DNA of 64,000 nt from Octopus vulgaris (GCA_951406725.2 OX597816.1:3782001-3846000), one strand, 5' to 3'; shown: positions 40,770 to 53,939, counted from the stretch's first letter. Notes: generated by a model from the letters alone, not told the origin. A program made the numbers and translations.

Positions 40770-41731
40770 TTATTATTATTTAAAATATTTTGAATCTATG
40801 ATTTTTTTAAAAAACGTACGCAGCATTTTAAAGACCAGCAACATTTTCTTTGCTTGGTTAAGAACGAACATGTCTCAAAGCGCTACTTAAATGATTCTTC
40901 AGTTCTCATTTCTTCAATTCTGAACTGAAAATCCCTCTACCAAGTCTAGTTGAATCATCCTGTTCTTGCTCATATTGGATAAATTCTTCAGGCATACAAA
41001 GAGTATATTTATTGACATACCATACCCACGCTAATTTTTTTCCACAGCTTAGAGGTAACTAATATTTCTCTAAGCTGGTATGCTTGCCAAAGAGAAATGT
41101 TATTTTTGCTGGTTTTTTTGTTAATTTTTCGACTTGTAAATGAATATCATTTTTTAAAATTATGGGTTTTTTTTCCTGCCGACAAACCGCACGTCTGCTT
41201 TTTTGAGTTGTGCTTTCTTGAGTTTTCTTAACTTTATTACTAGCCTGTTTTGAGGTGTTTCCCACCACTGCAAAGCATGGAGCCATATTAAAATATATGT
41301 AAACACGAAATGGAAGATTCGTATCTTAATCAGACCGTTTTGTCTAACTCAAGTGTTGAGATAGGCATCCGATTCTTCAAAAAATTTGCTGTTGGTAAAA
41401 CGAAAAATTCTTGTCCTGTAAATCTTGGTAATCGTCCAAATCAAGGAGTGATTTGAAAACATGCAAGAAAATGGTGAAGCACAAATCATAATGTTGATGA
41501 TAATAATAATAATAATCCTTTCTACTATAAGTACAAAGTCTGAAATTTGGGGGAGGCGATAGTTGATTACATCAACCACAGTAGGCAACTGGTACTTAAT
41601 TTATCGACTCCGAAAGGATGAATCGCAAAGTCGACCTCGGTGAAATTTGAACTCAGAACGTAGTGGCAGACAAAAATATCGCAAAGAATTTCTGCCAGCT
41701 CACCACCTTCATAATAATAATAATAATAATA

Positions 41732-41845
41732 GCAGCTCCAGAAACAGCTAGGATACATAGGAGGGTTCTTGATATCTAAGGTTACTTAGCCCGATGCTAG
41801 AATTTTTTCTTTTCCAAGTCTAATCTGTTATATGTAAAATAAAAT
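41732..41845 (+). mobile_element. Very short R4/Dong-like 3' end inserted at (TAA)n
   Basis: QLQK...RVLDI* directly after a (TAA)n run, followed by a short 3' UTR. Confidence 0.45.
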
Positions 41846-42388
41846 TATTTCTACCCTAGGCACAGGGCCTTGAAAATTTTGGGGGAAGAGGGATAGTCGA
41901 TTACATCGACCCCAGTGCGTAACTGGTACCTATTTCATCGACCTCGAAAAAATGAACAGCAAAGTCGACCTCGGTGGAATTTGCACTCAGAAAGTAGCGG
42001 CAGACGAAATACCGCGACGTATTTCGCCCGGTGTGGTAACGATTCTACAAGCTTGCCGCCTTAATAACAGTAATAATAACAATGATTATAATAATAATAA
42101 TAATAATAATGATAATAATGCCTTGATGCCATCCAGGTCATGACCCTCATGGCTTCTGATCTTAACTGATGTTGATTTCAAATTTTGACAGAAGTCCAGC
42201 AATTTGGAGGGCTGGGGTAAGACGATTACATCGACCCTAGTGTCCAACTGGTACTTATTTCACCAACCCTGAGTGGATGAAAGACAAATTCGATCTCGAT
42301 GCCGCAATTTGAACTCAGAAGAAAAAGGTGGACGAAACGTCGCTAAGCATTTTGTCCGGCCTGCTTACGATTCCATCAGCGCGTCGCC

Positions 42389-42425
<37 letters not shown>

Positions 42426-42567
42426 TAATAATAAAACTAGTGGGACCTGGGAATAGTTCACGGAATTAATGGTAAACCTATTGGGTTATTTCTGAAAACT
42501 TTATCGGAAAAATGTGAAAGCGTAGGCTGTGTTGTGTCTTTATCAAACGATAGTTGCTCATCTGTGA

Positions 42568-42869
42568 AGGCGCGTGGCTTAGTGGTTAGGGCATTCGGCT
42601 CACGATTGTAAGGTCATGAGTTCAATTCCCAGCGACGCGTTGTGTCCTTGAGCAATCATTTTATTTCACATTGCTCCAGTCCACTCGACTGGCAAAAATT
42701 TCAAAGGCCCGGCTGTCTCACTCTGTGCCCCGCTGAATCTCCCTGAGAACTACGTTAAGGGTACACGTGTCTGTGGAGTGCTCAGCCACTTGCATGTTAA
42801 TTTCACGAGCAAGCTGTTCCGTCGATCGTATCAGCTGGGACCCTCGTCGTCGTAACCGACGCAGTGCTC
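42568..42869 (+). mobile_element. SINE family C
   Basis: tRNA-like head ggcgcgtggcttagtggttagg...gagttcaattccc, gtgtccttgagcaa core, direct repeat agtYgctcatctg on both flanks. Related copies at 2725-3010 and 61645-61935. Confidence 0.85.
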
Positions 42870-42933
42870 CTAGTCGCTCATCTGCTAATCTTTGAAAAGT
42901 GAAGGAAACTGGAATACGATGATTACTAAGTAC

Positions 42934-42974
<41 letters not shown>

Positions 42975-43579
42975 ATGTATGTGTGTGTGTGTATGTATGT
43001 GTGTGTGTGTGTATGTATGTGTGTGTGTATGTATGTATGTATGTATGTATAATTTTATAGACTTAATACATAGCACTCTCCCTCTTTGCCTCACCCTCTT
43101 TTTCTTTCGCTCTTCGACTTTCCTTTCAACTAATCACGTGAATGCGTAACAGAGGGGCTAAGTAACGGAGGAAAAATGTTAGTTCAAAAAGAAAAAAAAT
43201 TACACATTTCACTCACCACTGCCTCTCCCTTCCCCACGCCCCTTGCTCTATCCCCTCCCGCCATCAATCTCTTGCCGTTTCCTCCCCCATCCTCTCTTCA
43301 ACTAATCACTTGGAAGCATCACGGACGGGCAAAGTAACGGAGGATAATAATAATAAGATAATAATAATCGTTGGTACGCTGGAAAAAATGCCAAATAATA
43401 ATTCTTCTGGCTTTAAATTCTGAGTTCAAATATCATTGAGGTTGATTTTGCCCATTATTTTTTCAGTCGAGTCCTGGGACGGATGTGATCGAATATCCCC
43501 TGCGCCAAGTTTTCAGGCCTTGTGCCGACAGAAAGGAATAATTATAATTATTGTAACTGTTACATGTATTATTATTATT

Positions 43580-44040
43580 GGCGATCTAGCAGAATCGTTA
43601 GCATTAATCGTTAGCATTTCGGGGTCGATAAATTAAGTACCTATTTCTTTACTACCCACAAGGGGCTAAACACAGAGAGGACAAAGACGACAAAGATGTA
43701 ATCGACTTAATCCGTTTGTTTGTCCTTGTTTGTTCGACCCGAAAGGATGAAAGTCAAGTCGACCTCGTCGGAATTTGGACTCAGAACGTAACGGCGACGA
43801 AATAGGTATTTCGCCCGGGTTTAGCCCCACAACGATAAAGTACCAGCACATTGTGGGTAGTGAAGAAATAGGTATTTCGTCTGCCGCTACGTTCTGAGTT
43901 CAAATTTCCGCCGCGGTCGTCTTTGCCTTTCATCCTTTCGGGGTCGAAGAATTAAGTATTAGCGAAACACTGCGGTCAATGTAATCGACTCGCCTCTTCC
44001 CCTAAGTTTCAGGCCATATGCCTATTGTAGAAAGGATTAT
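43580..44040. mobile_element. Scrambled mosaic of family A SINE pieces in both orientations
   Basis: Several strand switches among head, core and tail segments within ~460 bp. Confidence 0.8.
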
Positions 44041-44109
44041 TATTTAGCAGAGTTTGACGATAATTCTCCTCAAATTTCTTGGGGTTTGACAATAATACTC
44101 CTTAAATTT

Positions 44110-44420
44110 CAAAAAATCCCTCTTCGGATCCTTGCAGAATATAGGATGGTCCTTTTCTGCAAGTGGACAATGCGTATTTCAATTCCAATCTCTTTCAGTC
44201 TTTGAGGAAGCATTTTGGGTGTGGTGCCAAGTGCACCAATTACCATAGAAGTAATTATTGTCTTAGTTTTCCGCAATCCCTATTTGTCTTGGTAGGTCGA
44301 CTAATCATTCAAATTTTTTTCTGTTTCTTTGCTATATTTAGGAATAGCTTGTTTCCTTCATTAATTTCTCCTCTTACTTATTCATTAGCAGTTGCTTGCT
44401 CTTCATCTTATTTGAGGGGC
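44110..44420 (-). mobile_element. R4/Dong/NeSL-type LINE remnant (restriction-like endonuclease C-terminus)
   Basis: Minus translation MVIGALGTTPKMLPQRLKEIGIEIRIVHLQKRTILYSARI matches the IGALG...LQK..ILG.ARI motif. Confidence 0.75.
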
Positions 44421-45323
44421 AAACTATTATTTACCTCCTTAATGGAGGTGCAAATATACGAGGTACAATTATACGAAGCCCAATATACCCATCATGACTA
44501 CCCGCCTCATAAGGGAAAACCAGGCACAAACACAATAACCATATTTGCGTGACATGGTGATCTCATATCAAGATAAGCAGCACATGACCTGGCAGGTGGG
44601 GCCCAGTTAGAATTTTCTTCAGGTCAAGTAGCCCATCTTGCTCAAAAGGTCCCTGAATAAGGGTTGTTTAAGGATGATGAATGAAACACCGATGTTTCGA
44701 CGGTGACTTATTCAAACTCCAGAAACTTTCTCTCAAACATGGCTATGCTGCTCCCCACCACTTCTGCTCGTGATCAGAGATGTAGAGATGCACACATCGT
44801 CAGCCATCAGATGACATGCTCAACTGGTTACGGGCAAATAACTGACAAAAATATCTGTGGCATTGAGCAGAATATTTTCTGTAGCTCATTTTTTATATTA
44901 AGACAAAACAATGTACATGATAACAGTTTCTATCAGTTAAGATCAGAAACCACGAGAGCCAGTATCTAGTACTGAATCAGAGCTGGATGGTACCCCTCTA
45001 AGTGTAGAGCTGTGAGTTGGAGAGGACACTTGCTCCTAGGGTTTCAGAGAAATCTCGGACAGTGGGGTTCCTAGATTATCCCTAGAAGCGTTCTTGTATC
45101 AGGAGAGCCACATCTCTATCATCCCCCCACCTTTTTTTTTTACCTTTGTATGCTATACATATGTCCCTTCTTTTCCAGTATATACCTTGTATACTTCTGT
45201 TTTTTAATCATTTCATTATTATATGTAAACCCCAACGCTTTATGTCTGTGCTTTTATTGCCCCCCTAATCCTTCGCCCTTGAGGCAGATGAATGAAATTA
45301 TTATTATCATTATTATTATTCAG

Positions 45324-45552
45324 GTTGTTTCAAACGGAAGAAGAGATCGGCTATTTGTTCTCTGATTTCAAAAACGTCCATTCAGACGCTTTGAGACAGA
45401 ATGAGGTTCTGGAAGCTCACGCATTATTAGTTATGGCGACCCTGGACAAAGCAATTACTTCACTCGATGACTACGAAGCTGTACGAGAGTCGTTACTAAG
45501 AACAGGAGCCAAACATTATCGACTTAAAAATTACAAACCGCAATATTTTAGA
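45324..45552 (+). CDS. Globin, central coding exon (helices B12-G6), globin-X-like/neuroglobin-like
   Basis: Acceptor ttattcag ends at 45323, donor gtaagt at 45553. Translation (R)LFQTEEEIGYLFSDFKNVHSDALRQNEVLEAHALLVMATLDKAITSLDDYEAVRESLLRTGAKHYRLKNYKPQYFR has CD1 Phe, E7 His, F8 His and G5 Phe. Split Arg codon = B12.2 intron; phase-0 end = G7.0 intron. Confidence 0.93.
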
Positions 45553-46254
45553 GTAAGTATGCTATTCTATATATCACGTGGAGGATATTTGTCTGTCAGC
45601 CTGCCTTTCTATATATCTGCCTGTCTGTGTCTATTTATCTGCCGGTCTGTCCGTTTGCCTGCCTGCCTATCTATCTATCTATCTATACCTCTGTCATTCG
45701 ATCGATCCACCGGTTGGCCGATCAATCTATCGGATGACCTCTGTCGGACTATGGCGTATCTTCCGCTCTCGGTCTCCCGCCCTTTCTCTCAATTGCTCTG
45801 TACACAAACACACACACAAACAATATAAATCAGAGACAATGAATTTTGTGACAAAGTTGTATCAGTTCGATACTAGAAAGAGAAAGTTTTTTTTGTTGTT
45901 GTTGTTTGACCATGTTTGATTTAACATAAAGGAAAGCAAAAGAGAAAGACGCAGAGTGGCGCAAAATATGGAGTGAAAAAAGAACCGAATTGAAGAATGC
46001 TATCCAGTACCAATTTAACTATTTTATTTCTGGTATTGTTTGGTATCATAATATGGAATATATTTTTCTCTTGATGATGCAGATATACAACAAATTTCCC
46101 ACACGGATTACTTATTCTCTTGGATTACCATTTTGGATTACATCGGAATAATACCTACGCATACACACACACACACACATATATATATTTTTTTAATTTT
46201 TTAAAATTGTATCTAGTTTCAGCTCACGAGCTGTGGCCATGCTGGGGTACTGCC

Positions 46255-46299
<45 letters not shown>

Positions 46300-47226
46300 T
46301 ACATACATATATATGTATACACACACGTATATTATATACACACACGTGTTTGTATTGTGTCTGTGTGGTTCCGTTTGTTTCCCACATCATTTGACAACCG
46401 GTGTCGGTTTATTTATATCCCTGTAGCTTAGAAATTCGGCGAACCGGAGCGATAGCACCAGGCTTGAATAATTAAGTACTGGGGATCGATTCTTCAGTAT
46501 AAAAATTCTCCAAGTTACTGCTCCAACTTGGGCGCAGTGTAATGACTGAAAGAGGCAAAGGTCTATACACAGACCCCCCCCACACACACACACATATATA
46601 GATGAGCCTCATGAATAGGTAAAAGAATAAGAAACAGCGTTTCTTTCTTAATTGCTAAGTCTTTTTAAAAAGCTCCCGATAGTCTTCATCAGGATTTATA
46701 AAATCGCCACCATGTCCTGTATATATTCTCCCATCGGTATAGCTTTTCCTTTCATAAGGCAGCGAGCTGGCAGAAACGTTAGCACGCCGGGCGAAATGAT
46801 TTGTGGTATTTCGTCCGCCGCTACGTTCCGAGTTCAAATTCCGCCGAGGTCGACTTTGCCTTTCATCCTTTCGGGGTCGATGAATTAAGTACCAGTTACG
46901 CACTGGGGTCGATGTAATCGACTTCATCCGTTTGTTTGTACTTGTTTGTCTCCTCTATGTTTAGCCCCTTGTGGGTAGTAAAGAAATAGGTATAGCTTTT
47001 CCTTTCATGTGTAATGTCACGCGGCCTTGTCATGCATGAAATATTCAATGGACGATATGAGCAAGCTCGATAATATATGCAGTGAAAAAAAAAATTAAAG
47101 TAAGTCCTCGTTTAAACAAGAAAACAAAAAAATCAGTAAATTACAAAAATAAAACGACAATGAACGCCACAACCTCACATACATTACAACAGATAACCTA
47201 ATAATGTATTTTGATTTCTTTTGCAG
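45553..47226 (+). other. Globin G7.0 intron (1674 bp, GT-AG)
   Basis: GTAAGT donor, pyrimidine tract plus CAG acceptor, frame preserved across the junction. Confidence 0.9.
46756..46988 (+). mobile_element. Family A SINE in the globin G7.0 intron
   Basis: Full length, perfect 20-bp TSD ggtatagcttttcctttcat (46736-46755, 46989-47008). Confidence 0.93.
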
Positions 47227-47472
47227 TTAATGGAAGAGCCATTTTTAAGTGCCATTAAAATCACGTTGGGAGATCGGTATTCGGAGAGCATGGAGATCAT
47301 TTACAAAAAGACAATTGATTTTATCATTACTAACTTGCAAACGGGTATTCTTGACGCTATCGCAGAAGGAGAACGAACAGATAATGCTGAAAACTCTCAA
47401 CCAGCACCTATTGAAAATACGAATCATGTGACCTCCACACCTACAGTACAGCCACTTCCGGTTGTTTCGTAA
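47227..47472 (+). CDS. Globin, terminal coding exon (helices G7-H plus C-terminal tail)
   Basis: Acceptor tttcttttgcag ends at 47226. In frame with previous exon: LMEEPFLSAIKITLGDRYSESMEIIYKKTIDFIITNLQTG..., stop TAA 47470-47472. PFL.A.K.TLGDRY matches globin-X-like G/H helices as recalled. Confidence 0.92.
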   Translation, partial: LMEEPFLSAIKITLGDRYSESMEIIYKKTIDFIITNLQTGILDAIAEGERTDNAENSQPAPIENTNHVTSTPTVQPLPVVS

Positions 47473-47634
47473 AAAAAAAATTATATATATGCTCTTAACC
47501 AGATTATTTCTGCCTCCTAATGTCAGTCGAATATATCTTTCTACAACTCCGTCTTTTCCCATTTATCTACTTCCTTTCTGTCTAACTATTTGTCCAGTGA
47601 ACACGTTCTATTTCCTCTTCCATATATATATATA

Positions 47635-47657
47635 TGTCTGTGTGTATACTTATAGAT

Positions 47658-47696
<39 letters not shown>

Positions 47697-47715
47697 TGTG
47701 TGTATACTTATAGAT

Positions 47716-47756
<41 letters not shown>

Positions 47757-48035
47757 TGTGTGTATACTTATAGATATACATGTGTATATATATATATATA
47801 TATGTGTCTGTGTGTATACTTATAGATATACATGTATGTATATATATATATATGTCTGTGTGTATACTTATAGATATACATGTATGTATATATATATATG
47901 TCTGTGTGTATACTTATAGATATACATGTATATATATATATATATATATGTCTGTGTGTATACTTATAGATATACATGTATGTATATATATATATATATA
48001 TATGTCTGTGTGTATACTTATATATATATATATAT
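47635..48035. repeat. Minisatellite, unit tgtctgtgtgtatacttatagatatacatg plus variable (TA)n, ~8 copies
   Basis: Directly visible tandem units starting ~160 bp after the globin stop codon. Confidence 0.92.
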
Positions 48036-50529
48036 ATACACACATTATGTATGTATGAAAGTTTCTTTTATGAGAGGGCTGGAATAAAATTGAACCATAA
48101 ATAAGTGCTCACAATTTATTAGCTTAAATCATAAAAAAACATCTTAGAAGTACGGTGATGAACAACACTTGTAGATGTGGTACACACATTCTGACACTGA
48201 TACATATATACGCACAGACACACGCCTATATATATATATAGGCGTGTATAAGTTTATAGCAATTTGTTTCAAGCATTGCAATGTGTATAGATGATATTTA
48301 TATTTGAAAAATACCTACCAGTAATGCAGGTGAAGAGTTAAGCAAAATATGTAAGGGTAAAGCGATGTCAAGAAATGAAGCTAAATAGAAAATATATGAA
48401 ATTGACAAACATAAGTTGTTTAATCATCCTGTAATATTTCGGGAAAGATCCTTCTTTTCAAATAGAAGAATGAAATGATGAAATAATCAGAGGACAGAGA
48501 AATGTGTTATCGGTAGGTGTTGGGATAAAAAGCATTTAGCGATTATTGTATTTAGATTTTATTCAGGTAAATAACATCAGTAGCAGCAGATCGTGTGGGG
48601 CAGCAATAGCAACAACAGTAAGTTCCGTGGTATGATTGGTTGGTACAGGAAACTCAATAATGGTAGTGAAAGCCACTGGATGATAGATGAACCTTATGTT
48701 TGAGTCAGTATTTTGAGAATTTCCACGAGTTAAAACAAGAAACTGTACTACGCTTTTGGGGCGTAGCGCGCACATACACGCTTACTCTGATACAAACATT
48801 ATACTGTATATTACATACATTATATACACACGTATGTTACTTAATATCGAACGAATGAGAAAGGAGTGTTCAATGCATGTAGAGCATATAATTTTTTTAA
48901 TTAAAATTGAAGCTGGGAGTTTGTATCACTACTTGTGCTTTACTGAGCAATTATTTCTGGTTACATTTGCATTCGTCTAACCTCTCAAATGAAAGAAAGA
49001 AACTTATATTCATACGTGTTGATGTTTCTATCGTATAAATATATACATGTATGTGCATATATAGTTTACTGTTCTGCTATAGTAAGATCAACAAAAACAA
49101 TGTCCATCCAGTGAGAATTGAATATCATTTAATGTACACAGTACAAATCTACGTGCTACTAATGGCTTCACGTTTGGAGACGCGTATCTAGGCAGGTTCT
49201 TATAACACGCCATTTGTCTGTGACTGTCGAATTTTGGCTTTACGGTCAAAAAGGGAGCAGAGCTCTAATTTCCTTCCTTTTCTGTTTTTTTAAAATTTTT
49301 TTACCGTTTTTATTCATCCTCCACTTTTTGCATTTACATACTCATTTTTTCTCGTCATTCATCTCGTACCAGCGTCCTGATTTGCAAATTGAATACTCCA
49401 TGTACTCAGAACTTCGCGAATTGCTTGGAGACACAATGCTTATATTAAGACCTTGTCCAGGCGCGCGTCTCCACGCAGGAAACCATTAGTAACTGGTATC
49501 TTTATTCTGTGAACATTAAATGATACACGCACGCACACTCATACACGCACACACATAACGCCGATGCATTGCCACACAAACATACTCACAACCCTGTGAC
49601 TCTCTATATTTAAAAATACCCGCACACACACACACACATGTACGTATATATATGTATGTGTGTGTGTTTGCGAGCACGCGTATGTAATTGTGTCTGTGTC
49701 TATGGTAATTATTTCTTTTAACTTTCCAATGCTTTTAATTGGGTTTGATTTCTGATGACCAAAAAAAAATTGCCATGAGAGCCATCTGCACAGAAGAAAA
49801 ATAGCAAAGTCCTTCGTTATATATTTTATAGAATGTTTAGAAACAATATTAATAAATAAAATTTGCTGCAAGGTGAGAAAAACAATGAATTACGTTTAGT
49901 CACTTCTTGTTAAACCCAAACTACTATTAGACAATCATTATTTCCATTCCTTTCATTGTCTGCAAATTCTAATTAAACTGAAACTTTGCGCAAAAGTTCT
50001 GTCTCTTACATCAGCAAAAGTTTTTTGATACTCTGAACATTTTTCTGCTCGCTCCAATAAATATTCTGTCATTTATATATCTCGTTATTTCTAGTTTCGC
50101 TTTATTTCGAACAAACCTCATGGCTATAAATCTACGCCATTCTTTTCTTATCTAATTCATGCCAAGATGAAGTGTGTAGCTATCTGTACACATGTTAATG
50201 CATAGATACACACTGCAGGCACTTTCATAGATAACGCAACCTACGTGCTGTCATAAGCTAGGCGCATTTAATATATTTATGCATAACAGTCACACACACA
50301 CACACAGAGGTTTTTATATCTATTCATGCCTTTACGTATAGGATAGATGCGTGTCTTGGTACTTAAATAAACTGGCACCATGTTACAACTCAAAGCCATA
50401 ACAGAGTAAATATTATATATAGTTGGGGAGGAACGAATTCTCAGCTACTTCTCCGAAAAAAATGGAAGATTTCTTATTGAAATTTGATTGATTTGTATCC
50501 ATTTATGTATCTTATGCATGGACTGCATG

Positions 50530-50530
50530 C

Positions 50531-50564
<34 letters not shown>

Positions 50565-50623
50565 CATACATGTTTTTTTATATATATTTGTGGATATGCA
50601 TGCACATATATGTGCATATGTGT

Positions 50624-50663
<40 letters not shown>

Positions 50664-50711
50664 CATACATGTATGTTTATATATATTTGTGGATATGCAT
50701 GCACATATGTC

Positions 50712-50752
<41 letters not shown>

Positions 50753-50920
50753 CATACATGTATGTTTATATATATTTGTGGATATGAATGCACATATATG
50801 TGCATATGTGTCTTTATATATATATATATATATATTGCATACATGTATGTTTATATATATTTGTGTATATGCATGCACATATATGTGCATATGTGTCTTT
50901 ATATATATATATATATATAT
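50530..50920. repeat. Compound minisatellite, ~4 copies of a 60-70 bp unit separated by (TA)n
   Basis: Unit catacatgtatgtttatatatatttgtggatatgcatgcacatatatgtgcatatgtgtcttt. Confidence 0.9.
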
Positions 50921-51822
50921 GCCTCTGTGTGCGTATACGCTTTAACTTGCGCATGAATGCCGGCATTTGCATGAACGCTTGAATTCACCAAGCTGAGTCG
51001 CTCTATCATTTCCCAACAAATCTAATACGAACAGAATGTATGATATTACCGTTGAACCTTTGCCAAATTGGACTTGATTATATAGCGAGGCCTTAACATC
51101 GTGCTTTCTCAGCAAAATTATGATCATGGCGTGGAATACAATGCGTGCAAAAGAAACTTACGTCTGAGACTGAAATTTTAGAGGAGAAAGTTAATAGAAT
51201 ATATACACTGTTATATATATAAGTCGAAATAACGCATGCACGATACACAATGGTTGTGTATATTTATTTAAGAGTTCACTGATGATCGCAGTCATCGCCA
51301 AGTGCTTATTAATTGAATAAATGTTGTCCGTATTGCAATCCTTTACAGATTAAGAAACGAAGAAAATGCATATTTCAGCAAATTCTCCCTGGCGTTTATG
51401 GAAATGCTTCGTCCATCTGTCAATCCATCCATCTCTTACACACACACACACACACACATGAATATAAAGTTTGTGTGTATGTATGATTAAATGCAAACAT
51501 TAATGTGTCAAAAATATTGTAATGATTAAACTGAACCATGTACAGCGATGATACCAGTAATATAACAAACGAATCTGAAACTACTCAACCAGAGACGTTA
51601 ATACCAACATTCACAGCTTCATACAAAATCCCTTCAAAGCAAACTTATTTTAGTATCTTTTATCTCAGCCATTAGACTGCGGCCATGCTGGGGCACCTCC
51701 TTGAAGAATTCTTAGTTCGTTGAATTGACCCCAGGACTTTAAGTTTGGCGCTTATTTCATTGGTCCCTTTTGCCGATCAACTTCTTTGCGGGGACATATC
51801 TTCACCAACACCAGTTGCCAGT

Positions 51823-52256
51823 GGAGGCGCAATGGCCCAATGGTTAGAGCAGCGGACTCGCGGTCGTAAGAACGCAGTTTCGATTCCCAGACCGGGCATT
51901 GTGTTTATTAAGCAAAAACACCCTTTCACCACAACTTTCTCTCACTCTTTCTTCCTACTTCTGCTACAAAGCAGAGGAACCATGGTGTAACCCACTTTGG
52001 TGTGATAAACTTTCAGACCCTAGTCTAGATTGCGAATCCTCTGTACCCCATGATGGTTCAGCTCTCCACCCGTTAAAAGCAACCGTTTACGGAATGAGTA
52101 TAACAACGTAGCTTTCGCACCCGTGCAACCGCCAGTCTATCGCATGTGGTGGGTGGATCTTCAAGTTGCCGCACACATTCTTTGTAGCTTAGAGTAGGCT
52201 CGAATTAGAGATTATTCTTTGTGGCTAATGGCGTGAGTCCTGATTGGAAGCAGAAG
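51823..52256 (+). mobile_element. Family D-headed SINE with a third tail type, inserted in a family B SINE
   Basis: Head ggaggcgcaatggcccaatggttag; flanking repeat aacaccagttg(a)ccagtgg at 51807-51824 and 52257-52275. Confidence 0.82.
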
Positions 52257-53939
52257 AACACCAGTTGACCAGTGGTGGTGAAGCACACACACAGACACAT
52301 TCTTTCAGTTTTCGTTCACCATATCCTCTCACAAGACATTGGTCAGTCCGACGCTATGACAGACGATTCTTGTCCAACGTGCCACGCAGTGGGAAGGCAC
52401 CCGGAACTTTGTTGTTGGTAAGCTAGTTCTTAACTCGCAACTACGCCTGTGGAGACTAAATTAGCGTTAGCATTATCATATAACCAAACACTTGGCAATT
52501 TTATCTTATTATAAAATTGTAGTTTATCACCTCGGAGACTAATTAACACCAAAGGCGACACCATTTTATAATTGTAAAAGGTAAAATCTATGAAACAAAA
52601 CCATAAAAAATCCCCACTAAAAATACAAAACAAAACTCGACTCTGACGTAACATTCAAAATGGTTTTATAAAGAGCAACATAAATCTTTCGTGGAAGGGA
52701 ATCAGTGACGACGGTTTGTAATTTGAGAAGAGATTGTGTTAATAAAGACTGGGAGATATTGTTAAACTTTAATGAATTTGACAGAAAGCAATAAACAAAG
52801 GTTAATTCGGAAAAGAAATGGAAAAATTAGAAGCAGCGTTATCAAGAACAGAAACGAGATGACGATATATTCATATCAACAGACGATCATTAAGAAAAAA
52901 ATCAGTAAATAAATAGAAATGAAAAAACTAAAAGGAAAATAATAATGAAAATAATGGCATCAAATTTTGGCACAAGGTCAGTAAAGTTTGGGGAAGGGGG
53001 GAAGTCGATGAGATCCACCCCAGAGCTCAACTGGCACTTCGTTTATCGATCCCGAAAGGATGAAAGGCAAAGACGACCACTGCGGAATTTGAACTCAGAA
53101 CCAATGTATAGACGAACGAAATCCTGATAAGCGTCTTGTCTGGCGTGCTACAGAGTCTGCCAGCTCGCAGTCTTCAAAAATAATAGTAATAATAATAATA
53201 ATAATCCCTATCCATTTAGATGTCTGTGTTGTATTACGTAAAGATATTTCGCTACTTTCCCTCCAAGCTCTCAGTCTCACGGTAACATCTAGTCGTTCAC
53301 TCGCCCCAGGACACTGGGTGTGTTCCGACAAGTCACTGTACCAAATATGCGGATTAAAAGTAAAAAGAAATTCAATAATAATTAAACAGAAAACGAAATA
53401 TAACTAGGGAATAAATATGCAAGAACTCAGTTCAAAACAATAAGCCACAGTAAATGAATGAATGAATTAGAAAATAGATAAATAAATAAATGAAAAACAA
53501 GACAAGAGGTCGACACGGATATAAAATATAACGCTATAATACCAAACAATAGCTGAATATACGAACAGAAGTAATATTAATTGTAGTTTGTCGGAGAGTA
53601 AACCACTGATGAATAGGTCCAAGGTGGAATTCAAGTTTGCCAGAATTTCTTTGCATTAATTCGTGTAATTTGCTGATGGCTTTCAAGAAGACGATTCGTT
53701 TCGTTGGCAATTCTTGCATGGAAAGAAATCTATGATTTTTTTTGTTTTTGTAAAAATTCTTATGGAAATAATTGAGCTTTCATTGTGTTTGTTCCTTGTC
53801 TTTTGTGTGCTGCCACCAAAACACATTTCAGAAATGCTTTTCATTGCCAAAAAAACAAAAAAATGATATATTTTTATTATATTATAATCCAATCTGGGCA
53901 TATAAAACTGAATATATACATACATATACATATATATAT

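Noticed and set aside
44925-44955. Weak resemblance to U2 snRNA stem IIa region
   Set aside because: Too short and mismatched; it is part of an unclassified repeat also seen inverted near 42150.
45292-45828. 178-aa ORF as a secreted globin with signal peptide MKLLLSLLLF
   Set aside because: The leader is intronic (TTA)n sequence upstream of the 45323 acceptor, and the tail after 45552 is intron read-through.
51275-51305. CTGATGA hammerhead-like core (also near 53606 and 58765)
   Set aside because: No correctly placed GAAA or supporting stems.
5841-53127. Recurrent peptide WYLIYRPRKDERQSRPRRNLNSER in many ORFs
   Set aside because: Antisense reading of the family A SINE core, not a protein family.
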